Shown here one piece after another: positions 48,305-61,159 of a stretch of DNA of 64,000 nucleotides. The position numbers and the translations under genes are program-made. Position 1 is the first letter of the stretch. Each line of letters begins with the position of its first letter. Source of the DNA: Obrimoposthia wandeli (Eukaryota); the NCBI GenBank assembly GCA_977020255.1, contig CDROCS010002147.1, forward strand, positions 248,001 to 312,000. The letters run 5' to 3'. A model generated the notes under the pieces. The model saw nothing but the letters and a program-made list of their open reading frames with translations, did no database searches and was not told the DNA's origin.

Positions 48305-50699
48305 GTTTTATTATTTCCCCTTTAGGAGAGACTATCTGATATGCGAGTTGAAACAATGGATGTTGAACAATTAAAAATACATTTTATACAGTTGTTTTTA
48401 AGAAGAAAATAATTACTAAGTATGTTTCAAAAAGTTCGAGTAATGAAAGGCTGAGCAAATAAGGCATAATATGTGAAAACTACAGACATAGATACCAGTA
48501 GTAAACATTGAGCAGTCATTTAATTAGAAGAAGTTATTTTCTATGGAAATGGCAGACTTAACGGAACAATTGATTCTTATAGTTATAAAAGTATTATAGA
48601 ATACATTGTTCAATCACAAATTTATCATTTTCTCTAGTATGGAAACTATGAGCAGCTTTAGACTTTTTTTGTGATACTGAATCCATATCTGAACTCAAAT
48701 TTGCTATATACATCATATTTTTATTCTATAGGTATTTTACAAAAAATTAACCTTTAAATACTATGTCATGTCGAATTTTGTTTTACAAGAAGTAAAAGAG
48801 AATCAGAACTGCAAAAGTACTTCCATTCAAATGGTCAGCTGGTTTAATGTAATAATATTGAAGGGTTTCTTCTCACTATTGGACTGTCTGCATATGATAA
48901 AAGTGAGTAGAAACTTTTTATTGACAGTTCTAAAATGAGATCAAAATGTGTTTTACTTCACCAAATGACTCAATCCCAATATGTCAGTCTATTAAAACGA
49001 AAAAAGAGTATGCCAAAATCAAGATTGTTTAGGAGAACTTGCTAAATAAATGTCCTAAATAATTATTCAAATTATGTTAGTTTTCATAATGTGTTGCTTT
49101 AAATGAATAAGGTAGAAAACATTTTGATTTTTGTAAATATTTGGATTAAACATTTGTAACTAAGATTATTTTTTTAATATCTTCATTCGTCAGTTGGATA
49201 TGTGGATAGTTATAGTGGGACCTGGGAAAGAAAAACCAGCAATTTAAAATGCAATAGTTTTTTTACGGAAATATCAAGTGTGATTTCCCTGATTTTCAGT
49301 AAGGAATGTAGAAAGGAGTAATAAATTATTTTCCTTTTCAACGGTGTTGACGTGAAAGTGGCGATAAAACGAACAAATGCTAGTCTCAATGGAATTTTTG
49401 GCGGGAAATTTTATCCCATCTCCCTTCAGCTCTGTATTTCTTTACTGAGAAGCCACAGTCAGATCATCTATCAAATTCCCGCTTTGATTAAACCGATGAG
49501 TACGACAAAACGTGGAACGAAATTAACCGTCGAAAAGTCGTTTTTTGCCCCAGTAATAATTGAAGGGTGTGTCAAAATTCTGAATATATATCACAAAACT
49601 AGTCTTCGCATATGACATAGTTATTATTAATAGTCAAAAATGGATTTTTTAAATTAAAATATTAATAATTTCTCCTTATTTAGATTTTTATCGAATAATA
49701 TTATTTTCATATATACAGAAAGGAATATTATCTCCTATAGCATTATACTTTCGGGAAGATTTTCTTTTCCGAAATTAATTTTCTGCTTCTGTCATAATTA
49801 ATCTAAACCTTCTCGGACAAAATGTTTTCATAGATAAACATAATTTTATCCCCATAATTGGTGCATTATAAAAGTATCTAACCTTAATCGTTTGCGAACT
49901 TAATTAAATTTTGTATGTCTTTGTTCATGACATCTTTCTAACAGATGAATTATTGAGTTTTGCCTATTACAAAATGGCGTTTTTATTTTTAATTATTTTT
50001 CTTTATAACCACAATTTTTCAGATTTTTTTCAAAAAATTTTGGATGCGTTATTTATTTTCTAGGATTTCTTTTAAACAATTTGCATATAATATTTGGGAA
50101 TTTTCCTTCTTCATGAATTTTTAAAAATTCCAATATTTTTTCGTCTTTATCACATTTTATTAGTAAATAAATTAATAAATAACTATACTAATGATGGAAA
50201 ATTACTTTGAAACAAATAAGCCTTTCAGATATGAAAATTTCAAAATTTGGCTTTTGTACATCTCTGAAGAATAATTAGTTACCCAAGAAACTTTATTATG
50301 TAATTTTCAACAACTTGTCGGTACAATTTTTGGGTGTGATGTTTGAACATCATACTGTAGTGTATTTATTATTCCTAAAGTATTTTTTGTAGTAAGCAAG
50401 GATGAAACATCTCAATAATGGGACAATAAGTTCTCCTCAGCCTACTGATTGTAATTTTATTTTTATATTTCATTCAAAAAGATTTTCAATTGTGATGCAA
50501 TTCTGTGAAAATAAATATAGATAAAATAATTTTGATTGCTTGTACTATACAATGATACGCCGCATTGACTTACTGTACGATTAAAAGACGTGACAAAAGG
50601 AACGAAGAAATAACGTTCAATGAAATGCAGGATATTTTGGTTCACTCAGAATTTTTAGGGTTACAAAGAAAAATTTAATTTACATCAAAATATTTATTA

Positions 50700-51340
50700 A
50701 TGTGATCACGCAAAAGTTACCATGTCACCAGACCATTTAAATTTAATTAGCAAATGTATTACATTTGATGATAATGATACACGTAGAGAACAGGGGCAAG
50801 ATAACTCTAAACTGTACAAAATGCGCCAGATTCTGAACATGTTTAAACCACAAAATGTGAGCCAGTGTGTTTTGATGAGACATTGTATGTCTTCCGTGGC
50901 AATATATACCTAGCAAACCAGCAGAGTATGATTTAAAGTACTGGTGTATTTTGATGTAACAGGAGAATTGCTTGATTGTAATTTGTTTACTAGAAAAGGA
51001 GGTGAGTCAAATAGCTATGGTGAAATCTGAGAACGAATTGTTTTTAAATTATCTAAACCGTACGTACAAACAGGCTTATTCATGTCAGTAGAATTGGCGC
51101 AAAATCTTTACAACCAAGGTTTGACCCTATTGGGAACTATGCGCAAGTCCCGAGCTGAGATACCGTCAAACTTTCTAGGCACTTGTACGATATATCGTTT
51201 GCGTACTGTGGCCTATTAACTCTCTGTTCTTATGTGACTAAAAAACGTATAGTTATGTTATGTAGTGAACACCATTCTTCCACTGAGTCAAAAAATGATC
51301 AAAAAGCAGAAATGAACATTGATTATAATAATACAATTAA
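50700..51340 (+). mobile_element. piggyBac transposase remnant
   Basis: ISKCITFDDNDTR, VCFDETL..FRG, YIPSKP..Y.LK.W, FMSVELAQNL..LTLLGTMRKSRAEIP, SYVTKKRIVMLCSEHH, KAEMNIDYN. Confidence 0.85.
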
Positions 51341-53469
51341 GATAACCCAAATCATTTTAACAACAAAAAAACCTTGTTAAAAATATTAAATTAATCTTTC
51401 ATTTTAAATAAACACTTTTTTAAATAAACAAAATATTAAATCTCGTTTCAACATTAATAGACTGAGTAAAGAAAAATAATTTTAATAAATTACCTCAACA
51501 ATTACTAAAACTTTATTCACTTTATAATATATTTCAATGTCAAGCTAGAGAAGTATATTTTGAAATGTCTAATCAAAAAAATTAAATAGAGTGATCTGTT
51601 TGGGAGGCATTTAAGTTCAAATTATTAAAGATGATGAATAATATTAAGATTAATTAAATTTCGTCTATTTATTAGGTTTTGAAGTTGTTTAAAAATGAAA
51701 AATACCATCAACATCTAAAATGTAATTATTCATATTTCAAATCCCAAATATCTCAATTTGTTAACCAGGGAGCGATGGATAAATTAAAGACTCGTCAGTA
51801 AATAATTTGTAAAGATAAAATATAAAATTTGTTAAATGATAATAAGTAGAACTATTTTTCAAAGTTAAAACTTCATGATTTGTATATATTAAATCGGAAT
51901 CGAAAAAGCATTTTAATCTAATGGTAGCAGTGCCAAATTCCAATTTATTTGACAAATATATTCACATTAATAAGTAATGTGGAATTTTCAAAAAATAATT
52001 TGAATGCTGATGACAACTTTGAGTAGTAGCACTGTCGATGAGATGGCTGGGTGCTGTGGGAGGGTGTAACGTCAGTTGGGATCTCTGAAAGTGGGCAGAT
52101 GGCAACTTCACCGGGATCGGGAGAGAGCTGAGCAAACATTCGATTATATTTAGTCACTGCACTGACCCTTGTTTGCTGTTGACAATGAAAATCAAGAAAA
52201 ATGAGACTAGGCGTTATGGGCCACGCGCTCAAATCGAAGTTTGGCTTTATTGATAGCTTCATTAAAAAGAAAATATTAATTTGATAAAAGTATTAAGGTA
52301 TCGTTTCACAGATTCAAACAAAATCCACTATATAGGACTATTTCGAAAATGCGCAACTCGTACACGAATGGAGCATTTGGATTTTCCAACGCTCTTTCTG
52401 CTGGATGTATGGATATATGTTTAGATTTATATCCTTAGCTGATCTAAATCATTCTGTGGAATGACTTTTTCTAGGAATATTCTTTGATTCGATTAGTTTG
52501 TCTCTATCACAGGGAATGAAATGTAAGTGAACCTAAATTTTATAATACTCTTATGAACAAATATACCGAAAATAGTAAAATTCAAAAGAAATTAAATAAT
52601 CAAAGCACATAAAAACTATAAAGTGTATAGAGGACAACGCATAGTATCTTTAATTATTTATTTCACACTTCAAACACAACAAAAAGAAACGTTTTGGTGA
52701 ACACCACGCCTTAACAAGTCAAAATCTCAAATGAAATGAAGCTCAAACTTTGACTCCTATAAAAAAATATCATTTGGGTCAGAGATACCTGACATGAGCC
52801 ATGTAGACAACAAGAGCTTTTTGAGTGGTCAATAACTATATGTATATAAATAAATAATGTTTGCAGACAATTATATGTTTTTCCAAATTATAAAGAGTTT
52901 CATTTAAAATTTATTGTACAAATTTTTAATGTAACATTCTTGGATTTTTATTCTGAAATATGTAAAACAATAAAAAATTAAATATTTTACTTTATTTCTT
53001 TTCAATCTTTTTTAAATTTTAATCTTAGAATTAAAATATTGTTTCAACTTAATTTTTACATAGTAAATATATTATTATTACTTTTATCTGTGTATTTTAT
53101 CGAAATAGAAAATTATGTCCCTGTCAAACACAGGAGAATGACACAATTATTATTATTAATGATCAGAAAAGTAAACCAGTTGAATGCATTTTTATTATTC
53201 CTAACGATTTTCGATGGAAAAAAGTAAAATAGGAGATTCATCAGAAAACACAACACCCATTATGTGTTGTTAAAGATAAAAACTATTGGAAATCAAATCT
53301 AAGAAAATACCAGAAAAGGTCAGTTAACCTATTCAAGAAAACGAATGCACCCAGATTAATTATTTACTATCTGAAATCAATTGGTTTATGAATTAGTTAA
53401 AGCAAACATAATTTATTTTCTAACTACTTGGCTAGTAGAAGCAGAGTTTTCTATGATTACATATATATT

Positions 53470-53910
53470 AGTAGGTGGATGTGTCCAGTCTAATCCACAC
53501 CCCCTCCCCCCCTTGTCCTTTAAAACCGTGCATGTGTGTGGAGTGAAATTTCGTGTAGGTGTGTGGAGTGAAATTTCACTCCACACACATGCACGATTTT
53601 AAAGGACAAGGGGGGGGGTCCCAAATTTTTTTTTCGCACCTCTAGGCGCGAAAGGCTCGGGACTCGTATATGTCACAGACTAGCTTGCGTGATGGCCGAA
53701 TGTCTCGCTCTGGTGTATATCACTAACTACCTCGGGTGATATTAAATATTAAATTTTTTGGGACCCCCCCCCTGTCCTTTAAAACTGTGCATGTCTGTGG
53801 AGTGAAATTTCACTCCACACACCTACACGAAATTTCACTCCACACATGCACGGATTAAAGGACAAGGGGGGAGGGTGGTGTGTGGATTAGACCGGACACA
53901 TCCACCTACT
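53470..53910. mobile_element. Non-autonomous fold-back element with Polinton/Maverick-type ends (441 bp)
   Basis: Both ends read AGTAGGTGGATGTGTCC. TIRs 53470-53625 and 53757-53910, 131-bp spacer. 6-bp TSD TATATT (53464-53469 and 53911-53916). Each arm is itself palindromic. Confidence 0.93.
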
Positions 53911-56569
53911 TATATTCACAAATAAACGAAACAACATGAATATAAATGATCGAGAAAAGCTACGATTGAGACCAAACAAGGTTATTAAAAATGAATTTTC
54001 GTTTTGTGCAAGAAAGACATGTTAAATAAATACTTTTTTATCGAGAAACTTGTTTTGTCTACTATTTTTAATTAATGTTACATAAAATTTTTATGGAATT
54101 ATTTAGGCTAAAATTTGTGATCCACGGCTGATTTAATAAATAGTGTATAAGTCATTCAAAAACTAAAGAGGAAGCTACACAATCATTGCGGTTCCATAGA
54201 ATGAGTTAAAATGATGAATAAAGAGATTTAAACAGTCAAAATTTTGCAAGGTTGAGGCACAACATAAACCCAACAAATTGAGTCTTTCAAATGTTGTTAA
54301 AGATTGCTTCTCATATTCGTAATTTGATTTCTGTATTGATAAATTTTTAGATTAATGGGGATCGTTCTTTGTCACATTTTGCTAATAATTTGTTCATTTT
54401 TCAGTCCTTCTGATTGTAGAAATGTTAGAACTAGTAATTAATTATTTTCTATTAAATAAAGTTTGTATAAATGGATTGTAAAAACCTGATTTCCTACAGT
54501 CAAATATCACCTTTAAGTGGGATTGTTCTGTGCCAACTTCCCACTATTTAATAGTCAATTCCCGACCGACTTTGAATGCTTCTTTTACCGACGTATTTTA
54601 TCTGATAATGTAATTGCGAATCATTCTAATATCTGGTGGAAGATAATTGATCTGATTATTAGTTCTGATGTTCAGAATTCTTTGCGAGGAGCGTAATAAT
54701 TACAAATTGAATGGCTTCAAGTGATTGGGCTAATATCTCAGCAGATTCTGAGATATTATACACCAAATTTTGTTAATTTATAAATAAACTTTTACTCGAA
54801 ATTTATATTGATTTTTTTCCCTTTTTCTACTAAATTAGTTTTATCAAACTAATTTTTATCACCATCAAATAAATATATTCAAAAATTTAATTTTTTTATT
54901 TATTAATCATTTTAGATTTTAAATAGGTTTTATAAAATTAAATATAAATTAAAATGTTTAATTATAATATTTTTCAAGTAACAATTTTATAATTTTTATA
55001 ATAAATAATTTTATTTAATTAAAAATTAAATGTTATTATTTCTTTAATTACTAGAAAATTAACAGAAAAAATCAACATAAAAGCTAAATAAATATTTATT
55101 GAAAAATGATTTATGTTATTTTTTTTATATTTACAATGTATTATAACAAATAATTCTAGGATTTATTATGATATTTTAGAAATAATTTTAAATTTAAATG
55201 TTAAATTTATTTGTTTTGATATTTTTCTTCACTTTGCATTTTGTGACGAATATTTTCATTCTAAAAATTTACATTTATTTTATTTAAAAAATAATCAATT
55301 ATGCTTCTAAAAAATGCATATAGCTAGCAATCTCCAATTGATCATGTGCAAACGACTACTGATTTTTATGAGATTTTATTTCCAATCAACAGACCAAGAC
55401 GGGCCTAACGAGAATAAGATAGATTCAGAGGCTTTTCCAGAATTAGATCAGATGCGGCCAAGCATGAATAGCCAGAATGTCACGCTTGGCCAGACTTGGA
55501 TTTTGAGGAGGATATGTCAAGAAATCTAAACACAAAATAATATAATTTACGAAATACAATACTAACATTCATAAAAATGGCTGAGTTCTTAATAGAGTTT
55601 TTTAAATATTTTACAAAAAAATATAAAAAACAGTTTTAATAAACTTAAGTAAATATATTTACATTTAAAAAGCACAATATTCTTCGCGGTTCTTATATCT
55701 CTTTCTGTCAAGACACATTCTAAACCTTTAAAATATTTTAATAATAAATTACCCATTCCTCTCCGATAATTAGCCATATACCGTTGTTCAATCCTTAGAA
55801 GCCTTAAAACTATCGATCTTATAAGATTTTATTAACTTTAAAGTCATGATTTTTACGTTTTCTTATTGCTTCATATTTTTCATGATTTAGACTTAGTTTT
55901 TTATATTGGGGTTTATACATCAAAAATTACTTTAAAATGATTAATTAAAGCTCGCTGACCAATTTTTAACTAAACTTTTTTAATTTTTATATTTAGTTTT
56001 GTTTATAGTAAAGAGACAATAAATACTATCAATATACATTAAACTTTCACGTTTCCTCCTTTTATATTTCATATATGCTTGAAACTTTAAAGGATTATAC
56101 TACAGATTTTAACAGGAATTATTATTATTATAGGTTTATGTAGGATTATGGGTTGTAAAAAACCAATCAAAAATATAGAAAATATAGAAATTAAACGTAT
56201 TCAATCTCTAAGTATCTTAGTGAATATCAACTAGAAGGTTAATTTGTATATGTTATCGGTGAAAATTGAAAGAAATTGTATATTTTAACCCGAATTGTTT
56301 CAGCAGTCAGAAATTTAAAGTTTGATACACTATGTGTTAATGTATTTGCTAGTGGAAAAGGGAATATTCATAGTATTAAAGATTTTGATTATAATTGTGA
56401 AGTTGAGTCTATTGAATTATTTCGTGAAAGCTTTTTACAAACTAGTATATGTTTTTGATTTGATTTTTGAAAATGTTTGGTGATTAATAATTTATTATAT
56501 AATTGTTAATGATTTTTTAGTTAAACGAAAAGTAGAATATACTAGAGTGAATATACTATAATTTGATAT

Positions 56570-57360
56570 AATAAATATGAGAGTGAAAGATTAAGGTTGT
56601 TATTATTAAATTTTAAAGAGAATCAATATAACATTTATTTAGCTAAAGCCGTTTTTATAAACATGATGATGATTAAACTGATAAAGTAAAATTTATATAA
56701 TGTAAAGGTGCATTATCTGAATGGGAGTGGTATCTTATATATATATATATATATAAATAATTTCCTACATGTTCATTCCTTTTGAAATTAAATGTTGCAA
56801 ATGTACCAATAATTGAAAATAGTGTGAAGAAAATTGATTTTGATACATAACCATTGAACGGAAAATTATATGGATCAAGTATGAATTATAAAAATTACCC
56901 GACATATTATATGCAAATAGTTCACTAAATTTAGAAAACGAGGATGATAATGATAATGAAAAAATTTAAACATAATGTTTTATTGAATATCTTATAACTA
57001 TAAATAAAAATCAAGTCAAAAATTTAAAACGGTTCTTCACTAAAGATAGAATAAAATCTGTTTTAAAATATAAAATTATGTGACATGGAGAATACAAATC
57101 AACATATGAAATGATTTATGATTTAACATATTTAGAAACAAAACCGGATAAATATATAAATATACTTTCAAACTTTTGAAAAAAACCTGAATGATTAGTA
57201 TGTTTAAATAATAATATTGAAGTGATATTTCTTTCTTGTGGGCATGTGAATACATGTATATCATGTATATCATGTTCCAGAATGTTACATTCATGTTCAG
57301 TAGGTGGATGTATGATTGAATGGAGAGTAATAAATGTACAATGTCATGGTATAAACAATT
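56570..57360 (+). pseudogene. iap: Decayed intronless inhibitor-of-apoptosis (IAP) gene: BIR-UBA-RING
   Basis: BIR: YESERLR..LAKAVF / TDKVKFI*CKGALSEWE...FPTCSFL. UBA-like: FTKDRIKSVLKYKIM*HGEYKSTYEMIYDL. RING, in frame with the UBA: E*LVCLNNNIEVIFLSCGHVNTCISC(ISC)SRMLHSCSVG, giving the IAP spacing Cx2Cx11CGHx3Cx2Cx6C after removing a 9-nt duplication. Confidence 0.85.
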
Positions 57361-57580
57361 AAAATTAGTAATATATACAAAAATGGATAAAAATGATAAA
57401 TTAGTTGATGATACGGTTGAGGAAATTATAAGTGAAACAATAAATGGAGTTAAATACTTTTCTAATTTTAATAAAGATATTCGTGCTCATGTTAGAGAAA
57501 TTGTTCGAGCACATGTCTATAGAGATCTTATGAAACTTAAAAATGATTCAGTATATAAGATAGTAGGACCCATTTTGTAG
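57320..57580 (+). other. Short ORF between IAP and ATPase; its last codons are the ATPase start
   Basis: 86 aa, no recognised motif. Ends in MKLKNDSVYKIVGP, interpreted as the ATPase N-terminus. Confidence 0.3.
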
Positions 57581-57935
57581 CTAAATTATTATAAAACAAT
57601 TAAATATTTAATAGTCGATTTAATAAGATTTATTGGTATTATGGTGATGTTTGCGAATCTGGATTAACGAAAAGTTATTTATGTAAACTGTCACTGTTTA
57701 TTTCATTACTCAAAACCTATTTCATCAAGGTGGTAAACATAGAACACGTAATTTAAACGTACATTACTTGGTTTTGTTTAAGAATCCGCGCCAAGCATTT
57801 CCAAATAACAGACTATATTTGAAAAATTCATTTCAAAATACAACTGAAAATTATCATGGTTACTTGTTTCTTGATTTTACACAGTATGTTTTGATGAATT
57901 GAGAATAATAACCGATATTTTCAACAACTGTATGG
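57530..57935 (+). pseudogene. Polinton/Maverick A32-like DNA-packaging ATPase relic
   Basis: IVGP / THFVAKLL (Walker A core missing), FNKIYWYYG (cf. RIIWCYG), TVYFITQNLFHQGGKHRTRNLNVHYLVLFKNPR (cf. SVIYITQNLFHQG...R.ISLNAHYIVLFKNPRD), YHGYLFLDFTQ (cf. PHGYLLLDL.Q). Confidence 0.85.
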
Positions 57936-58599
57936 TATATAAACAAAAATAAAGTAATTTTAAAAATAAATAGTATTTCCGGTCTTAAGTGGTAGTAAGT
58001 TAGTAGTTAAATCTTTAAAACATAAAATAAAAAAGTTAGGTATTTTATTTAATCTATACACTTTAGTTTTTAAAATCATTTTATCATGACTTCTCATTTA
58101 AGCACTTTGGATATGTTATGTGCTCTTCGTGTTAACCTTAAAGAAGACATATTCAAACTATACACTAATCAATACTTCTCAATTTATTATTCTCCAGAAC
58201 TTTGTTAAGCTAGAATTTTAAAATTATTTCACTATAATCATAGTAAGAATTTATTTTTGAATTTAATTTTAAATATTTTATTAGCTATGAGAATTATTCA
58301 GTATCATCATCATCATGATACTGAATTTTGTAGTCATATGAATAAATGATTTTAATTGTTAAAATATTTATTATTATTATTTTGAATATTTTAAATATTC
58401 ATTGCCACAGGTCTAAGGTGCTCTCTGATCATGCAGGGCTTCCCTCTTCAGAGATTCCTTAAGGGAAAAATGGGCATTTAAAAAAAAAGCTCGGAAACAT
58501 TTAAAAGGCGCAAAATTTAAAATTCGTATAATTAAAACAACATTTTTGTAAAGAACGCGAAAATTAAAAATTATTAAAGTCTCAAAATTGTGCATACTG

Positions 58600-58825
58600 C
58601 CCCTGTGAAATTTTGCAGTAAAAGGTACCTACCGGGAGGGTCAGTATGTATGATTTCAAGACCTGATGAATTTGAGTAATTTTTGTGTGTGTTTCGAGTA
58701 AATTTGACTATATATTAGCCGGCATGACTAATGCATAGTGTTTTTTAGCCTTATAGCGACAATGAACGGAGCATTCCCCCTTGGGGGGCTTTGGTACTTT
58801 GGCTGGAGCGACACTATATACTACT
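58600..58825. mobile_element. Candidate right terminus of the decayed Polinton-like element
   Basis: GC-richer block ending ...CACTATATACTACT (reverse complement AGTAGTATATAGTG), then AT-rich DNA. No matching left TIR found in the window. Confidence 0.35.
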
Positions 58826-59230
58826 TATATTCTAGTCTAAATGTCTTAGCGTCAGCAAACACATTTTTATACACAAAATAACAATTTGACACTGTATAAT
58901 ATAACATAGTCATTGCAATTACTTAGTAGGTACGATATGTTACGAAACCTGGATAGGCTTCTAAAATGTTTCTAATAGATTCCATTGTTGCAAAAGCAAG
59001 AAAAGTGTTTTCTTTTAAATTGTGTTTTGAAAAATGAAAATTGAACATTTGATGTTATGTTATTTTAAAATTTCAATTTCAAAGTTACAAAAATTTTATT
59101 TAATGAACCATTTTTTGAATTTCTATGAAACCATGACGATTAACTTCGCGACTAAACAAAAATGAATATCAATCAAATTCTTTCAATTCAATAATTACAA
59201 CCCTACAATTTTTCGGAAGATCAAATCAAA

Positions 59231-59341
59231 CCTGCTACATGGCTTGTGGAGACTGCATTCTCTGTATTGCTAGATGTCTTCACGAAAAAAGAAATACATT
59301 AGAAGTGGACAATCGTGGAACCATACGATTAAAACTAAATA
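59231..59341 (+). mobile_element. hAT transposase C-terminal (dimerisation) fragment
   Basis: PATWLVETAFSVLLDVFTKKRNTLEVDNRGTIRLKLN (cf. PSTYLVE.GFS.V..I.TKKRNRL....RGDLRLKL). Confidence 0.7.
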
Positions 59342-60958
59342 AAGATTTAGACATTGACTATTTTTTAGACTATTTATTATAAAATCCCATCTGTATGTGG
59401 GGTTATCTAATGAGAACGGGTTATGCAATTAAAAAAACAACATTAAAAATACAATTTTAATTCTGCAGGCTATACACTGTGTGGATAATTTATCGAAAAT
59501 ACGGTACTTTCATAGCATTTAATTTTTATTCTAACTTTATTTTCTTTATTGAATGCACAAACTGTGGTAATTGGTGACCATCCATTGCTAAAGCATAATC
59601 TAAGCAAGCTAAGTACAAATAAAAAAATTACCTTATTATTGTCGCTTCAATATAAATTTTAAATTCCACCATTTATAAATTTTAAATTATAAAAAATAAT
59701 AAAACAAAAAGTACTTAAAATATCCCGTTTTGTAGTCTATATTTAATTATTTTATGAATCATAAATTGCATTATTACAGGTTTGTTATGCTAATCTTTTG
59801 GTAAAATAACTTTTTTGGAACATGTTCTAAAATTTATTTAGAAATATTATTTTTATGGAACAAAAGTTAGTCGAATCCTCAAACTAATTGGTTACTTCAT
59901 GTTTTCGTTAACCGGTGCCTTTGTCTATTGGAAATTGTTAATTCATACTTTTCAAAATTTGTTATTTGGTAAAACATTTAAAAAATTTTAATTTTAACGC
60001 TATCAAGACTGGTAAAGCCCGACATATTGAAATATTAAATATCCTAAATATTTCTCAAATGTCAAAGAAAAATAGCTTATATTTAAAGCAATGTGACATA
60101 TACATTACGATGCAAATTATCCCGAATTGATTTAAACTAACAAAACTTTCAAAAAGTGAGACAGACACATAAAGATACATGTTGTTTATCATCAAAGAAA
60201 AACTTCACAATAGATCTTAACTATAAAATGAGAAACGAAAGAGTGTTTTATATTGCAAAATGATGTAATAAGAAAACTCTAATGATGATTTTCCAATAAT
60301 TTCGTATACAGCAGCTTAACAATCAATTTGTTTTGAATGAGTTACCTTCAAACGCGAATTAGTTTCAAAATGACTTTCTTTAATTTACCAATTTTTTGGC
60401 TTCATTAATTTTATGCCAACAGTTCCTGTGTTACTGATGTTTTTAGGATTGAAATTTTACTTCATACGGTTTTCAACAATCACCGGTAACATTTTTTGAC
60501 GATATTATTTGTGTTTTTATAATATTTGTGATTTCACTAACTTTTATCTACTTACAATTATAAATAATACATTTTGGAGCAAACATTTAGTTGTTTTAAT
60601 TATTAGTGGCTTTTTAATATTGATACTAACAGTGAATTATATTAATTTGTAATGTGATATTGATTTCGTGCTTAATTTTTTTAAAACGTTTTAGTATAAT
60701 ATAAAAAAGTCAACTGTTCACTCAAGCAGGGGTGATATCGTGTACGTGTGGCCTATTTTTTATATTTTGAGTGGGCGATGAAAACTATGAAATTAATGAA
60801 GGGTGTTTGCTTTAATATAATCAAAAATATTTATTTAATATATTTTAATTCTTTATTTGAGAAAGTTATTTTTAAATTTAGTTATATTTCACTTTTATAC
60901 TTTTATCGGGTTTTTCTGTCATATCGCTGTATTCATTTCTAAATAAGCACATCTTAAA

Positions 60959-61159
60959 ATGAATATCTCCGGGCGTCAACTCCATCAATTTCGATTGGAT
61001 AGCTTGAAAGATGAATTGGTTGATAATGAAATAATTTCATATTGCAAATATTTGGATTCCTTGTATAGCTACTTGGTTCAGCGATTTCAACACATAATAG
61101 AATTATCTGTTTCACTGTGGTCAAACAATTCTTTTGAAGTTCAAGCGATGGATTGTTAA
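60959..61159 (+). mobile_element. hAT (Buster-like) transposase internal fragment
   Basis: LDSLKDELVDNEIISYCKYLDSLYSYLVQRFQHII..W..NSF resembles L..L.....D.DI..YC.HL..L..D...RF.DI....P.WV.NPF. Confidence 0.55.

Noticed and set aside
51945-52262. GC-rich island with a 105-aa minus ORF and AGTAGTAG at 52022
   Set aside because: No domain, no matching inverted end or TSD. It could be an isolated exon but this is unsupported.
53688-53740. GATGGCCGAATGTCT, resembling a tRNA-Leu A-box in the spacer of the 441-bp element
   Set aside because: No B-box and no cloverleaf.
54731-54758. Perfect 11-bp stem hairpin TAATATCTCAG / CTGAGATATTA
   Set aside because: Isolated, AT-rich and without context; plausible by chance.
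55314-55529. 71-aa ORF in a small GC-richer patch
   Set aside because: No recognisable motif or link to neighbouring features.
53911-58831. Idea that the 441-bp element inserted into the TSD of a larger Polinton (three TATATT copies)
   Set aside because: The sequence after 53916 begins CACAAA, not AG, so no left terminus exists there.
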